Shown: positions 20,277 to 28,848 of the stretch, piece by piece
Position numbering within the stretch: the stretch's first letter is position 1
How the letters are laid out: each line of letters begins with the position of its first letter
Assembly: GCF_934560975.1 (NCBI RefSeq)
Contig: NZ_CAKTFO010000008.1
Span: 21,940-85,939, forward strand
Source of the DNA: an uncultured Sphingomonas sp.
Lineage (GTDB): Bacteria > Pseudomonadota > Alphaproteobacteria > Sphingomonadales > Sphingomonadaceae
Direction of reading: 5' to 3'
DNA: 64,000 nucleotides
Notes under the pieces: model-generated
Told to the model about the DNA's origin: nothing
The model's input: the letters and a program-made list of their open reading frames with translations, nothing else
Databases searched by the model: none
Program-made: the position numbers and the translations under genes

Positions 20277-21563
20277 ATGAAGACGATCTGCCTGATTCTG
20301 GGGGCACTGCCAGCCGGCAGCATGCTCGCACTCGCATCGCCGGCTGCGGCGCAGCAGGCGGGGGACGCCTATGTCCGCGTCGCCGCCGCCCGCACCAAGC
20401 TCGTCGACAATGGGGAGGTCGCCACCAACGGCGTCGTCAACCCCGCCGACGGGTACAAGACCCGCGATGCCTATCACGGCGTCCTCACCGGCGGATTCTT
20501 CATGTGGAACGGCGTTGCGGTGGAAGCCTCGATCTCCACCCCCGCCACCACCAACAACGTGCCGGCGGGCGGCCTGGCCGGCCTGCCCAATCTGGGCGAT
20601 GACGAGTTCACAACCGTCACCGTCGGCGCGAACATCCAGCCGTTCAAGGGCCGTGTGTCGCCCTTTGTCGGTGCCGGCATCGTGCGTCATTTCACCACCC
20701 AGGAGCGTGACGGGCTGGGCGTCGGCCTGAACATCCCCAACGCCCATGGCCCCTATGTGCAGGCCGGCGTGGACTATGCGCTCACCCCCCGCTGGGGCGT
20801 GTTCGCGTCGGTGCGCAAGGCCTGGTACGACACCAATGCCACCGGCCGGCTTCCGCTGGACGCGACCATGACCAGCTTCGCGGCGGTTTCGGCCAAGGCC
20901 GAACTGGACCCCGTCACCATCCAGCTGGGCGTCACAGCACGCTTCGGCCGCCATGCGGACGACGGCGCGCTGGAGCCGATCGGCACAGATACCACCAAGT
21001 GGACCGTCCGTGCCGGCCTCACCAGCCTGACCCTGGCCGACCGGGTCGACCTGTCCGTCGGCGGCGCGCACTATCCGGGCGCGGACCTGTCGACGTTTGA
21101 GCATTGGACGCCTACCGTCCAAATCGGGCGCTTCCTGACGCGCAACGTCGCCATCAACCTGACGGCGGGCATCCCACCATCGATCGATGTCTATGGCGGC
21201 GGTTCGATCGGCTCCCTGCCCAAGCTGGGCAAAGTGCGCTACGGTCCGATGGCGCTCACCGCGCAATATCACTTCACCCGCAGCGGCCGCATCCGCCCCT
21301 ATGTCGGCGCGGGCGCAAGCTACATGATCGTGTTCGGCACCAAGGACGGCACTTTCGAGAACCTCAAGGTCAAGGACGATTTCGGCTGGGCGTTCGAGGC
21401 CGGGACCGACATCATGATCAGCAATCGCGTGGCGATCTTCGGCGACGTGAAGAAGGCGCTGCTCCGCCCCGTCACGACGGGCCTCTTCATGGGCGACAGC
21501 GTGGTCGGCAAGACCCGCCTGGACCCCTGGGCGTTCAGCGGCGGCATCGCCTACCATTTCTGA
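20277..21563 (+). CDS. Outer-membrane protein with two tandem OmpW/AlkL-type beta-barrel domains
   Basis: Signal peptide; repeated motifs SPFVGAG/RPYVGAG, QAGVDY/EAGTDI, LDPVTIQLGVTARF/LDPWAFSGGIAYHF; AAGGA RBS. Confidence 0.85.
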   Translation: MKTICLILGALPAGSMLALASPAAAQQAGDAYVRVAAARTKLVDNGEVATNGVVNPADGYKTRDAYHGVLTGGFFMWNGVAVEASISTPATTNNVPAGGLAGLPNLGDDEFTTVTVGANIQPFKGRVSPFVGAGIVRHFTTQERDGLGVGLNIPNAHGPYVQAGVDYALTPRWGVFASVRKAWYDTNATGRLPLDATMTSFAAVSAKAELDPVTIQLGVTARFGRHADDGALEPIGTDTTKWTVRAGLTSLTLADRVDLSVGGAHYPGADLSTFEHWTPTVQIGRFLTRNVAINLTAGIPPSIDVYGGGSIGSLPKLGKVRYGPMALTAQYHFTRSGRIRPYVGAGASYMIVFGTKDGTFENLKVKDDFGWAFEAGTDIMISNRVAIFGDVKKALLRPVTTGLFMGDSVVGKTRLDPWAFSGGIAYHF

Positions 21564-21708
21564 CCAACCTGCATGCCCGATCCCGGCGCGGCGGCCATCG
21601 CCCGCGCCGGGATCGCAGCAGGTAGGGCACGCCGGACGCCTTGCCTGCCACCTCTCGCCAATGGCCTGTCCCGGGTGAGTTCCCTCCCCTGCCAAGACGT
21701 GATGGTTC

Positions 21709-21741
21709 AAAGGGAGCCTGCTGCTGCAAGCTCCCTTTTTT
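21709..21741 (+). terminator. Intrinsic terminator
   Basis: AAAGGGAGC...GCTCCCTTT stem ending in T6. Confidence 0.75.
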
Positions 21742-22161
21742 GCGCCCTGCATCGCTTGCTCCGGCAAGCCGCCGCCGGCGCGCGCTCCTGCCGATCAATG
21801 GCAACCACGATCGCCCAGCGGCACCGTTGCTGTCACAACGCCATGAACGAAAGGGTAGACGTGGCCAGACCGACGCTGCCAAACACCATGCAAGGCTGCG
21901 CGCGTAAATCGCCCGGTTGCTGGACAGCACCGCTACGGGGCCGATGCCCCCATCAACGATTGCGCAAATGGCTGGTCCTACCGACAGACAGTCCCGACTA
22001 CGAAACCCTCTCGTGCTCCCCCAAAGGCGGAAGCGCAGGCACCCGGGCGATGCCGCTTCGGATTGCCCCTACCCGCCTTACTCACGCCAGCATTGCGCGG
22101 CCTGGCAGACGGCAGCGTCCGACACCACCATCCGGCTCAAGCCGCGAAAAGCCGCGCTCGA

Positions 22162-24600
22162 TCAGGACAGGTGCGACAGCGACGAATTGGCGCGCCCATC
22201 GGCCGCCTTGGTCGCCATCCAGGCTTCCAGCTGATCGATCGGCATGGGACGCCCCGTAAAATAGCCCTGGATGAAATCGCCGCCCAGCAACTGCACCACG
22301 GCGGCCTGCTGCGCCGTTTCGACCCCTTCGGCGATGATCGCCATGGACAGGCTGTGGCCCAGGTCCACGATCGCGCGGAGCAGTTCGGTCCCCTGCCGCC
22401 CCTGGTCGAGCGCGGTGATGAAACTGCGATCGACCTTCAGAATATCGACGCCCAGATCTTTCAGGTAGCTGAGGCTGGAATAGCCGGTGCCGAAATCGTC
22501 CAACGCGATCTTCAGCCCGGCCTCGCGCAGCTCCGCCATTGCCCGGTCGGCGGCGCGGGTATGCGTCACCAGCACGCCCTCCGTAATCTCCAGCCGCAGC
22601 AGTTGCGCGGGAACGGCATGGGCGGCGAGTCGCTCGACGATCTTGCGCGAAAAGCCCGGCTGCCGGAACTGGACCGGCGAAATGTTGATCGCAATCGGCA
22701 CGGTGCCGAGCCGCTTGATCTGCCGCAGCGCGCGTTCCAGCACCCAATCGTCGATGTCGACGATGTGCCCGCTCGCTTCCGCCAGCGTGATGAGTTTGGC
22801 CGGGGAGACCGGGCCGAGCAGCGGGTGATTCCAGCGCAGCAGCGCCTCGACGCTGGCGAGTTCGCCCGTGCGGGCATCCACCACCGGTTGCAGGTGCAAG
22901 TCTAACTGATCCTCGCTCGACAGGGCTTCGGCCAAATCGTTGCGCATCGTGCGGCGGAAGTTCAGCGCCTCGTCCATCTGCACGTCGAACGGCTGCACCG
23001 GTGTGCGGCCGTCGAGCTTTGCCCGGTACATGGCGACGTCGCTCCGCCGCAGCAGTTCCTGGCCGGTGACCTGGCCGGCGCGCCCATGCGCAATGCCGAT
23101 GCTGACACCGATGTTGAGCTGATGTTCATTGCTGCGCACCGGTTCGACCAGGGCATCCTGCATTGCATTGGCGAACCCATGGATCGCGGCCTCCGAACCG
23201 GGGCCGAATGCGGCCGCACCGAACTCGTCGCCGCCCAGCCGAGCCAGCAACACGCCGCCGGGTCGCACCGCCGCGAACCGCTTCGCCACCTGCGCCAGAA
23301 GCTGGTCGCCGACGTCATGGCCCAACCCGTCATTCACCTCCTTGAAGCCGTTCAGGTCCGCGAACAGCAACGCGGCTTCGGACCGGCTGGATGGCGCGAG
23401 ACGATGCTCCAGCTCCCTTTGAAAGGCGGTGCGGTTCGGCAGGGACGTCAGCATGTCGACGTCGACCGGCACCCGGCGTATCGGTGCGAAGCGCATGCCC
23501 AAGGCGAAGGTCGCCAGCATGATGGCAGCATGGATGGGCCGCAGCACCCCCGCAGCCTCCAATGTCACGGACAATGCCGTGGCGAACAGCAAGGGAGCGG
23601 CGGCTCTTGCCTGCTCCCGCAGCCACGCCAGGTCCAGCGTCCGGCGCTGCCCGTGCCGGTCCTCCGGCGAACCCTCGGCAGTCGCGTCGGCGGGCGTCTC
23701 ACCCGCGCCCCGTTGGGTGTCGGGCGCAGGCTGGGCAAGCTGGTCGCCGTCCAGCACCAATGCCAGCATCTCGCGGCTGGATGCGGTGATGCGGGCCAGG
23801 TGCCATTGCTCCGCCTCGCGTTCCTCCACGACCGCATCCTCCACCAGCAGTTCGCTGTACCCGATCACGAGATCGAGCCCGCTGCGCAGATCGTGGCTGG
23901 ATTTGGCCATGAAGTCGGCGGCGCGTTGATCCTCCTGCTCCATGTCGCGGATGGCGTCGCCGGTGCGGCATGCCGTTTCGTCATAGCGCGCGGCCATCTC
24001 CGCCAGCCTGGATCCTTCCACCTTGAGGCGCGAATAGAAGGCGGCGATCAGCGACACGTACAAAGCGGCGGCAAAGGACGATGCCAGAAACAAGGCGCCG
24101 AGCGCGCCCTGCTCCAGGCGCGGTGCTTGCGGCCAGAGGTGATGCGCGATCAGGAACAGCAGTCCTTGAAGGATCATCGCGCCCATGCAGCGGAGCGTCG
24201 CCTGCGGCAGATATGCGAAGCCGAGCAACGTGGCGACGATCAGCCACGCCGCGAAGGGCGAATTGAGCCCGCCATAGAACAGGGCGCCGAACAGGCTGAT
24301 GGCGGTCCACAGGTGCACCGACAGAAACGCCGCGCGACGAAGTCCCGATCGCGCCACGAACGGCAGCAGCCACAGCAGGCACATGCCGGCCGTGAGCAGC
24401 GGCGCCACCGCATCGTGGCGGTTGTCGAACGTCAGCAGACTGGCGCAGATCGGCAGCCCGAAAACGGGCCCGAGGAGATGCAGCACCACGAAGCTGCGAT
24501 ACAGCTTGGGGTCCTCGCCGCTCGCCGCCGGCTCCTCCAAGAGCTGCGCAAGGAGGCTCGGTCGTGCCGGCAGGAGCGGTGAAGTAAACGAGGAGCGCAT
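22162..24600 (-). CDS. Membrane sensor + DHp-like + GGDEF + EAL protein, sensor paralogue 3
   Basis: Shared TM domain; SSHDLRSGLDLVIGYSELL DHp; RLGGDEF; EALLRW, DDFGTGYSS, EGVET; start set to ATG at 24600. Confidence 0.9.
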   Translation of the reverse strand: MRSSFTSPLLPARPSLLAQLLEEPAASGEDPKLYRSFVVLHLLGPVFGLPICASLLTFDNRHDAVAPLLTAGMCLLWLLPFVARSGLRRAAFLSVHLWTAISLFGALFYGGLNSPFAAWLIVATLLGFAYLPQATLRCMGAMILQGLLFLIAHHLWPQAPRLEQGALGALFLASSFAAALYVSLIAAFYSRLKVEGSRLAEMAARYDETACRTGDAIRDMEQEDQRAADFMAKSSHDLRSGLDLVIGYSELLVEDAVVEEREAEQWHLARITASSREMLALVLDGDQLAQPAPDTQRGAGETPADATAEGSPEDRHGQRRTLDLAWLREQARAAAPLLFATALSVTLEAAGVLRPIHAAIMLATFALGMRFAPIRRVPVDVDMLTSLPNRTAFQRELEHRLAPSSRSEAALLFADLNGFKEVNDGLGHDVGDQLLAQVAKRFAAVRPGGVLLARLGGDEFGAAAFGPGSEAAIHGFANAMQDALVEPVRSNEHQLNIGVSIGIAHGRAGQVTGQELLRRSDVAMYRAKLDGRTPVQPFDVQMDEALNFRRTMRNDLAEALSSEDQLDLHLQPVVDARTGELASVEALLRWNHPLLGPVSPAKLITLAEASGHIVDIDDWVLERALRQIKRLGTVPIAINISPVQFRQPGFSRKIVERLAAHAVPAQLLRLEITEGVLVTHTRAADRAMAELREAGLKIALDDFGTGYSSLSYLKDLGVDILKVDRSFITALDQGRQGTELLRAIVDLGHSLSMAIIAEGVETAQQAAVVQLLGGDFIQGYFTGRPMPIDQLEAWMATKAADGRANSSLSHLS

Positions 24601-24613
24601 AATGGCTATCGGA

Positions 24614-24642
24614 TTAGCCAACGGCCGTTAACCGGTTATTAC
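24614..24642. promoter_or_regulatory. TTAA half-site cluster / CtrA-like box in divergent promoter
   Basis: TTAG-N10-TTAA-N7-TTAC. Confidence 0.45.
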
Positions 24643-24666
24643 GACACAACAAAATAAAGATGAGCC

Positions 24667-25602
24667 ATGCACCGCTTCCACCCCCCAGTAAACCGGAACT
24701 GGTATGTTCGTCTGGTTGGCGGGTTTGGGAGATTCGCCGCGTTCCAGGCAAGGCGCAATGCCGCGGTGGATGGGCAGCACCTTCGCCTGTTCATCGTCAG
24801 TCACCTGTGCGGGCCGTTGATCGGCCTGGCGCTGGCCGCCCTGATGGTGGTGCTGGGCTTCCCCCTGGATAGCGGCCTCCAGTCATTTGCCGTGCTGGTG
24901 TGCCTGTTTTGGGCTTACCCGGCGGCATTGGCCGCAGGAGCACGATATTGGCTGCTGAGCCTGGTGTCGCTCCAGCACCTCACCGTCGTGATCCTGTTGG
25001 CAAGCCATGAATATGGCGGCTTCACCTCCCCATTTCTGCTGTGGCTGGCGGTGGTGCCGTTGCTGGCCTTCCTGTATTCCGCACCCAGCGTGCGGCTATG
25101 GGCGGTTCTGATCGGGTTGTTGGGTTTGAATACCGGCCTGTTCGCGGTCGTGACCGCCAATTTTCCCGCACCACCGCCCGTTGATCCCAATGCGCTGCAT
25201 GGGCTTGCGCTGGTATCGTTGCTGTCCGCCTGTACCTATGTCTCCATGATGGCGGGGTATCTTGGGCGGGTGCTGAGTTCGCGCAACGAGATGGCCGAGA
25301 TCGTCGCACAACGCAGCGCCGCTGCTGCATCGCTGGACCGGCGCAGTGGCGAGTTGCGGCAGATGCGCACCGCACGGGTCGCCAGCCTGTCCCGGCTGGT
25401 GCGGGGGTGCAGACCTCCGGTGAGCGACATCCTGAGCAGTTGCGAACAGGTGATTGAAAATGCGCCTGCGCACCGCCGCTCGTCGGACATCTCCGACCTG
25501 CTGAGCATCAAGGCTGCCGCGGCGCGCCTCGCCGACCATGTCGAGGAGATTGACCGCTATCGGACGGGTCTGACCGGCACTCCGTCGGATGCGCGTGCAT
25601 AG
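24667..25602 (+). CDS. Membrane sensor with His-less vestigial DHp and no output domain, sensor paralogue 4
   Basis: FIVSHLCGP, YGGFTSPFLLW; LSRLVRGCRPPVSDIL aligns to LAKMSHELRTPLNAVI with His replaced by Arg. Confidence 0.8.
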   Translation: MHRFHPPVNRNWYVRLVGGFGRFAAFQARRNAAVDGQHLRLFIVSHLCGPLIGLALAALMVVLGFPLDSGLQSFAVLVCLFWAYPAALAAGARYWLLSLVSLQHLTVVILLASHEYGGFTSPFLLWLAVVPLLAFLYSAPSVRLWAVLIGLLGLNTGLFAVVTANFPAPPPVDPNALHGLALVSLLSACTYVSMMAGYLGRVLSSRNEMAEIVAQRSAAAASLDRRSGELRQMRTARVASLSRLVRGCRPPVSDILSSCEQVIENAPAHRRSSDISDLLSIKAAAARLADHVEEIDRYRTGLTGTPSDARA

Positions 25603-25648
25603 CCCGACGGCATGATCCTGCTACTGCCGGCGTATCGCGACCGCCTGC

Positions 25649-26950
25649 TCAGTAGCTGACGTAATAATCCTTGCGAAAATCCTCGCCCGAGAAGGCGCGC
25701 AGCATCGTCCACGGCAGCGCGGCGTCGGTCCAGTATCGGTGCGTCGGCGGCAATCCCAACGCAATCAGGCTTTCCGACGCGATATACATGCTGCCTGCGT
25801 TGGAATAGGTGTCCCCCAATGTGGGCTGGTGGCGCGCGAAACCGATCGTCAGGTAGCCGTCCGCATTGAAATTGCTGGGATCCTTGAACACGCGCCGCTG
25901 CGCCGCCATGGTGGCCGCACGGACCTGCCCGAACGGAAGCGTCGCAGGCAGAAGCCCACGCCAGGCCAGGTGACCGAGCGGCTGGTGCACCGCCGTGCGA
26001 TAGGTCAGGGACCGCCCGATCGCGGCATAAGCGCCGTCCGGGCCGATCATGCGCTCAAGATGCTCGGCGTAGCGCTGCGCCCGCTTCACCGCGACCTGCA
26101 GTTCCGCCGCGGGCTTGAGATTGTTGAACGCCGGTTCGCCCGCGCTCAACGTCTCCAATATCTGCACCAGCATGGGATGGATGACGTAGCTGTTGTAATA
26201 GTCGAAGTGGAAGCGATCACCGTCGCCATACCACCCATCCCCGACATACCATTCCTGGAACTTCTTGATCGACAGGTCGACGCGCATCGGGTCCCAATCC
26301 TCCCCGATCGAGAACAGGAACGCCTCGTTCATGGCGGCGAACAGGATCCAGTTCTGGTAGGGCGGGGAAATGCGGCGGAGGCCCTTGATCTCCTCGACGA
26401 TGCGCCGCTTGGTGGCGGCACTCAGCGGTTTCCACAGCGCATCCGGTGCACGCAGCAGCGCGCTGGTGAAGTAAGCGGAATCCACCAGCGCCTGGCCATG
26501 GCTGCGCCACAGCAGATAATCGAGGCTGCGCGGATCGACGGAATGCTCGAAACTCGCACAGGCCTGATCGCGCAGCCGGGCTCGCAAGCGTCCTTCCGCA
26601 GAGGCGTCGTCCGGCAGCGCCAGCCAGGGCGCGATCCCGTCGATCAGGCGCCCGAAGCCTTCGAGATAGGCGACCCGGGTATCGCGACCGTCCCAAGTCG
26701 GGCTGAGTTCCGGCTTCCACTCACGCTGGAGCCGGCCGCGCGACATGGGGCCAAGCACCGGCCCTGCCATCCGCCGCAGCAGATCCAGCGCATAAGCGCG
26801 ATCGGCGGCGCCATCCGATAGCGTGGCGCCACCGGTTTCGCTCCCGACGGTCGCGGCGGCGTGCTGACCCGAAGCGGCCGTTGCGGCAAGCATCCCCGCC
26901 CCTCCCCCCAGGCTGGCCAACAGGTGGCGACGATCGACGGCGTGGCTCAA
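25649..26950 (-). CDS. Tat-exported DUF2264-like protein (putative glycoside hydrolase)
   Basis: DRRHLL Tat signal; LEGFGR, QALVDSAY, NWILF, WYVGDGWYGDG, GRSLTYR; TTG start overlaps the upstream stop (TTGA). Confidence 0.8.
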   Translation of the reverse strand: MSHAVDRRHLLASLGGGAGMLAATAASGQHAAATVGSETGGATLSDGAADRAYALDLLRRMAGPVLGPMSRGRLQREWKPELSPTWDGRDTRVAYLEGFGRLIDGIAPWLALPDDASAEGRLRARLRDQACASFEHSVDPRSLDYLLWRSHGQALVDSAYFTSALLRAPDALWKPLSAATKRRIVEEIKGLRRISPPYQNWILFAAMNEAFLFSIGEDWDPMRVDLSIKKFQEWYVGDGWYGDGDRFHFDYYNSYVIHPMLVQILETLSAGEPAFNNLKPAAELQVAVKRAQRYAEHLERMIGPDGAYAAIGRSLTYRTAVHQPLGHLAWRGLLPATLPFGQVRAATMAAQRRVFKDPSNFNADGYLTIGFARHQPTLGDTYSNAGSMYIASESLIALGLPPTHRYWTDAALPWTMLRAFSGEDFRKDYYVSY

Positions 26951-27933
26951 CGAACATCCTCCGGCACAGTGAAATCCAGCGTCGCGGTTCGCGCATAGGC
27001 GTCCCACGATTCCCGCGTCACGAACCTGCCTTGCCCCTTGTTCCAGGCGGATCCTGAGTAATAGACAAACGGCTTGCCCGGCATAGCGCGGAGCAGAACG
27101 AGCTGGTTGTCGGCGTCGCTCCGCACGTCCGCGATCATCGCCGGGTCGACGCGCAGCGCGATCGCCATGCGGCCATGATCGCCGTCTTCCGGCCCCCACC
27201 AGGATATCAGCCCACGCGCGCGATCAACCGTCAGCTCGCCGGCACCCTGGCCCGTGGTGCGCTTGCCGATGCCGATGCCGACCAGCAGCGGATCCGCCTT
27301 GTCGGACGAAAGGGTCGATACGAGCCGGGTGAAATGGGAGCCTAGCGGCAGGGTGAAGCGCCGCGTCTCCCACACCTTGCGATCAACACCGACCGGCCAG
27401 GACGCATACTCCACCACGAAGTCCGCCACGTCGCCGCCCGTGGCGATGATCCTGTGGCGGACATAGTTGCGCGATGTCCATAGCTTGTTGTTGTACCAGA
27501 TGCCGAGCCCGCCAGCGCCGCGGGTGGTGCCGACATTGTAGAAATCCAGCCCCTCGCCATGATACGCATGCTGGTCGCCGGTGCGCAGTTGGCGATCGGC
27601 AAACGGCCAGCCGACATTCTTGCCCCAAGAGTCGATGCCGGAGCCGGACGGCGGCTCGGCGGCTTCCAGCGCATGGCCGTAGATGCGGTGGGCAGTGCGA
27701 TCATTCTCCCACAGCAGGTCGTCGTAGCGATAGGGCGCGAGCGTAACCGCAGCGCGAGGCGCGCGCGCATTCGGGGCGGCAAGCGCATTGGCGGAGAGCG
27801 TGGCGGACGCAGCGGCCCGATCCGGCGCGGGTTGCAGGGCAGACGCCTGCGCCAGCGGCAGGCACACCGCCACGCCTACCGTCAGGCGCAAAGTCAGCCG
27901 ACGCTGCATCCACCAGGATCGCCGATGCGACAT
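26947..27933 (-). CDS. Secreted DUF4861-like protein
   Basis: RYDDLLWENDR, RIYG, SGIDSWGK, GEGLDFYNVG, YYSGSAW; AAGGAGAG RBS. Confidence 0.75.
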   Translation of the reverse strand: MSHRRSWWMQRRLTLRLTVGVAVCLPLAQASALQPAPDRAAASATLSANALAAPNARAPRAAVTLAPYRYDDLLWENDRTAHRIYGHALEAAEPPSGSGIDSWGKNVGWPFADRQLRTGDQHAYHGEGLDFYNVGTTRGAGGLGIWYNNKLWTSRNYVRHRIIATGGDVADFVVEYASWPVGVDRKVWETRRFTLPLGSHFTRLVSTLSSDKADPLLVGIGIGKRTTGQGAGELTVDRARGLISWWGPEDGDHGRMAIALRVDPAMIADVRSDADNQLVLLRAMPGKPFVYYSGSAWNKGQGRFVTRESWDAYARTATLDFTVPEDVR

Positions 27934-27953
27934 GTCCTCTCCTTCGTAACTAT

Positions 27954-27966
27954 GTTGTACGACAAC
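27954..27966. promoter_or_regulatory. FadR/GntR operator 1
   Basis: Palindrome GTTGT-ACG-ACAAC in the divergent promoter next to the FadR gene. Confidence 0.7.
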
Positions 27967-28042
27967 TTAGATTGCCCTGGCTTTTCTGCCAAGCGCGATC
28001 AGAGTTGGTGTTTAACAGCCGCAAAGCGGTCATAGGAGGGCC

Positions 28043-28765
28043 ATGGCCAAAACCGTATCGCTAGCCGACGCACTGTTCATGAAGCTGGAAGCGCAGATCC
28101 GGTCGGGGGACATGGCGCCCGGCACACGCATGCCCACGCAAAAAGACATTGCGGAGCAGCAGAGGGTAAGCCGAACCGTGGTGCGCGAGGCAATGGCCCG
28201 GCTGGAAGCGCAGGGCCTGACGGTCGCGCGCCAGGGGTCGGGCGTGTTCGTGTCCAACGACGCCGCGTTTCAAGCATTTCAGATCGCCCGCCATGAGATC
28301 ACCGAACTGGCCGACATCGTGCGGCTGCTGGAGGTGCGGTTGTCGGTGGAAGCGGAAATGGCGGCGTTTGCCGCGGCCCGGCGCACGCTGGACGACATTG
28401 CCGCGATGCGGGGCGCGCTGCACGACATGGCGGCGGTGGCAGACGATGCGGTCGCTTCGGCGGCAGCCGACACCCGGCTGCACATGGCGATCGCGCGCGC
28501 CACCCAGAATGACACGTTCGTCAAGCTGATCGAGTTTCTGGGCGTGCGCCTCGTCCCGCCGCGCAGCCTCTACCTCCGCAACCAGCCTCCGCACGCGCAG
28601 CAGGCCTATGTGGAAAAGGTACGCGCCGAACATGAGGCGATCGTCGACGCCATCGTGCGGATGAATCCGGCCGGCGCGCGTGACGCCGCGCGCCACCATA
28701 TGCAGGAAAGCCTCAGTCGCCACACCGAATTGAGCCAGACGATGAATCTGCTGTCGCGTAACTGA
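28043..28765 (+). CDS. FadR/GntR family transcriptional regulator
   Basis: wHTH VSRTVVREAM...RQGSGVFV plus FCD domain; GGAGG RBS. Confidence 0.92.
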   Translation: MAKTVSLADALFMKLEAQIRSGDMAPGTRMPTQKDIAEQQRVSRTVVREAMARLEAQGLTVARQGSGVFVSNDAAFQAFQIARHEITELADIVRLLEVRLSVEAEMAAFAAARRTLDDIAAMRGALHDMAAVADDAVASAAADTRLHMAIARATQNDTFVKLIEFLGVRLVPPRSLYLRNQPPHAQQAYVEKVRAEHEAIVDAIVRMNPAGARDAARHHMQESLSRHTELSQTMNLLSRN

Positions 28766-28790
28766 CACAACCCGTTGACGCCTTCGCCAG

Positions 28791-28803
28791 GTTGTATGAT
28801 AAC
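28791..28803. promoter_or_regulatory. FadR/GntR operator 2
   Basis: GTTGT-ATG-ATAAC, near copy of operator 1, just downstream of TTGACG (28775-28780) before the TBDR. Confidence 0.65.
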
Positions 28804-28848
28804 TTGTCCTCACGCCAAAATGGCGGAGCATTGAGGAGGGGGGAAATC

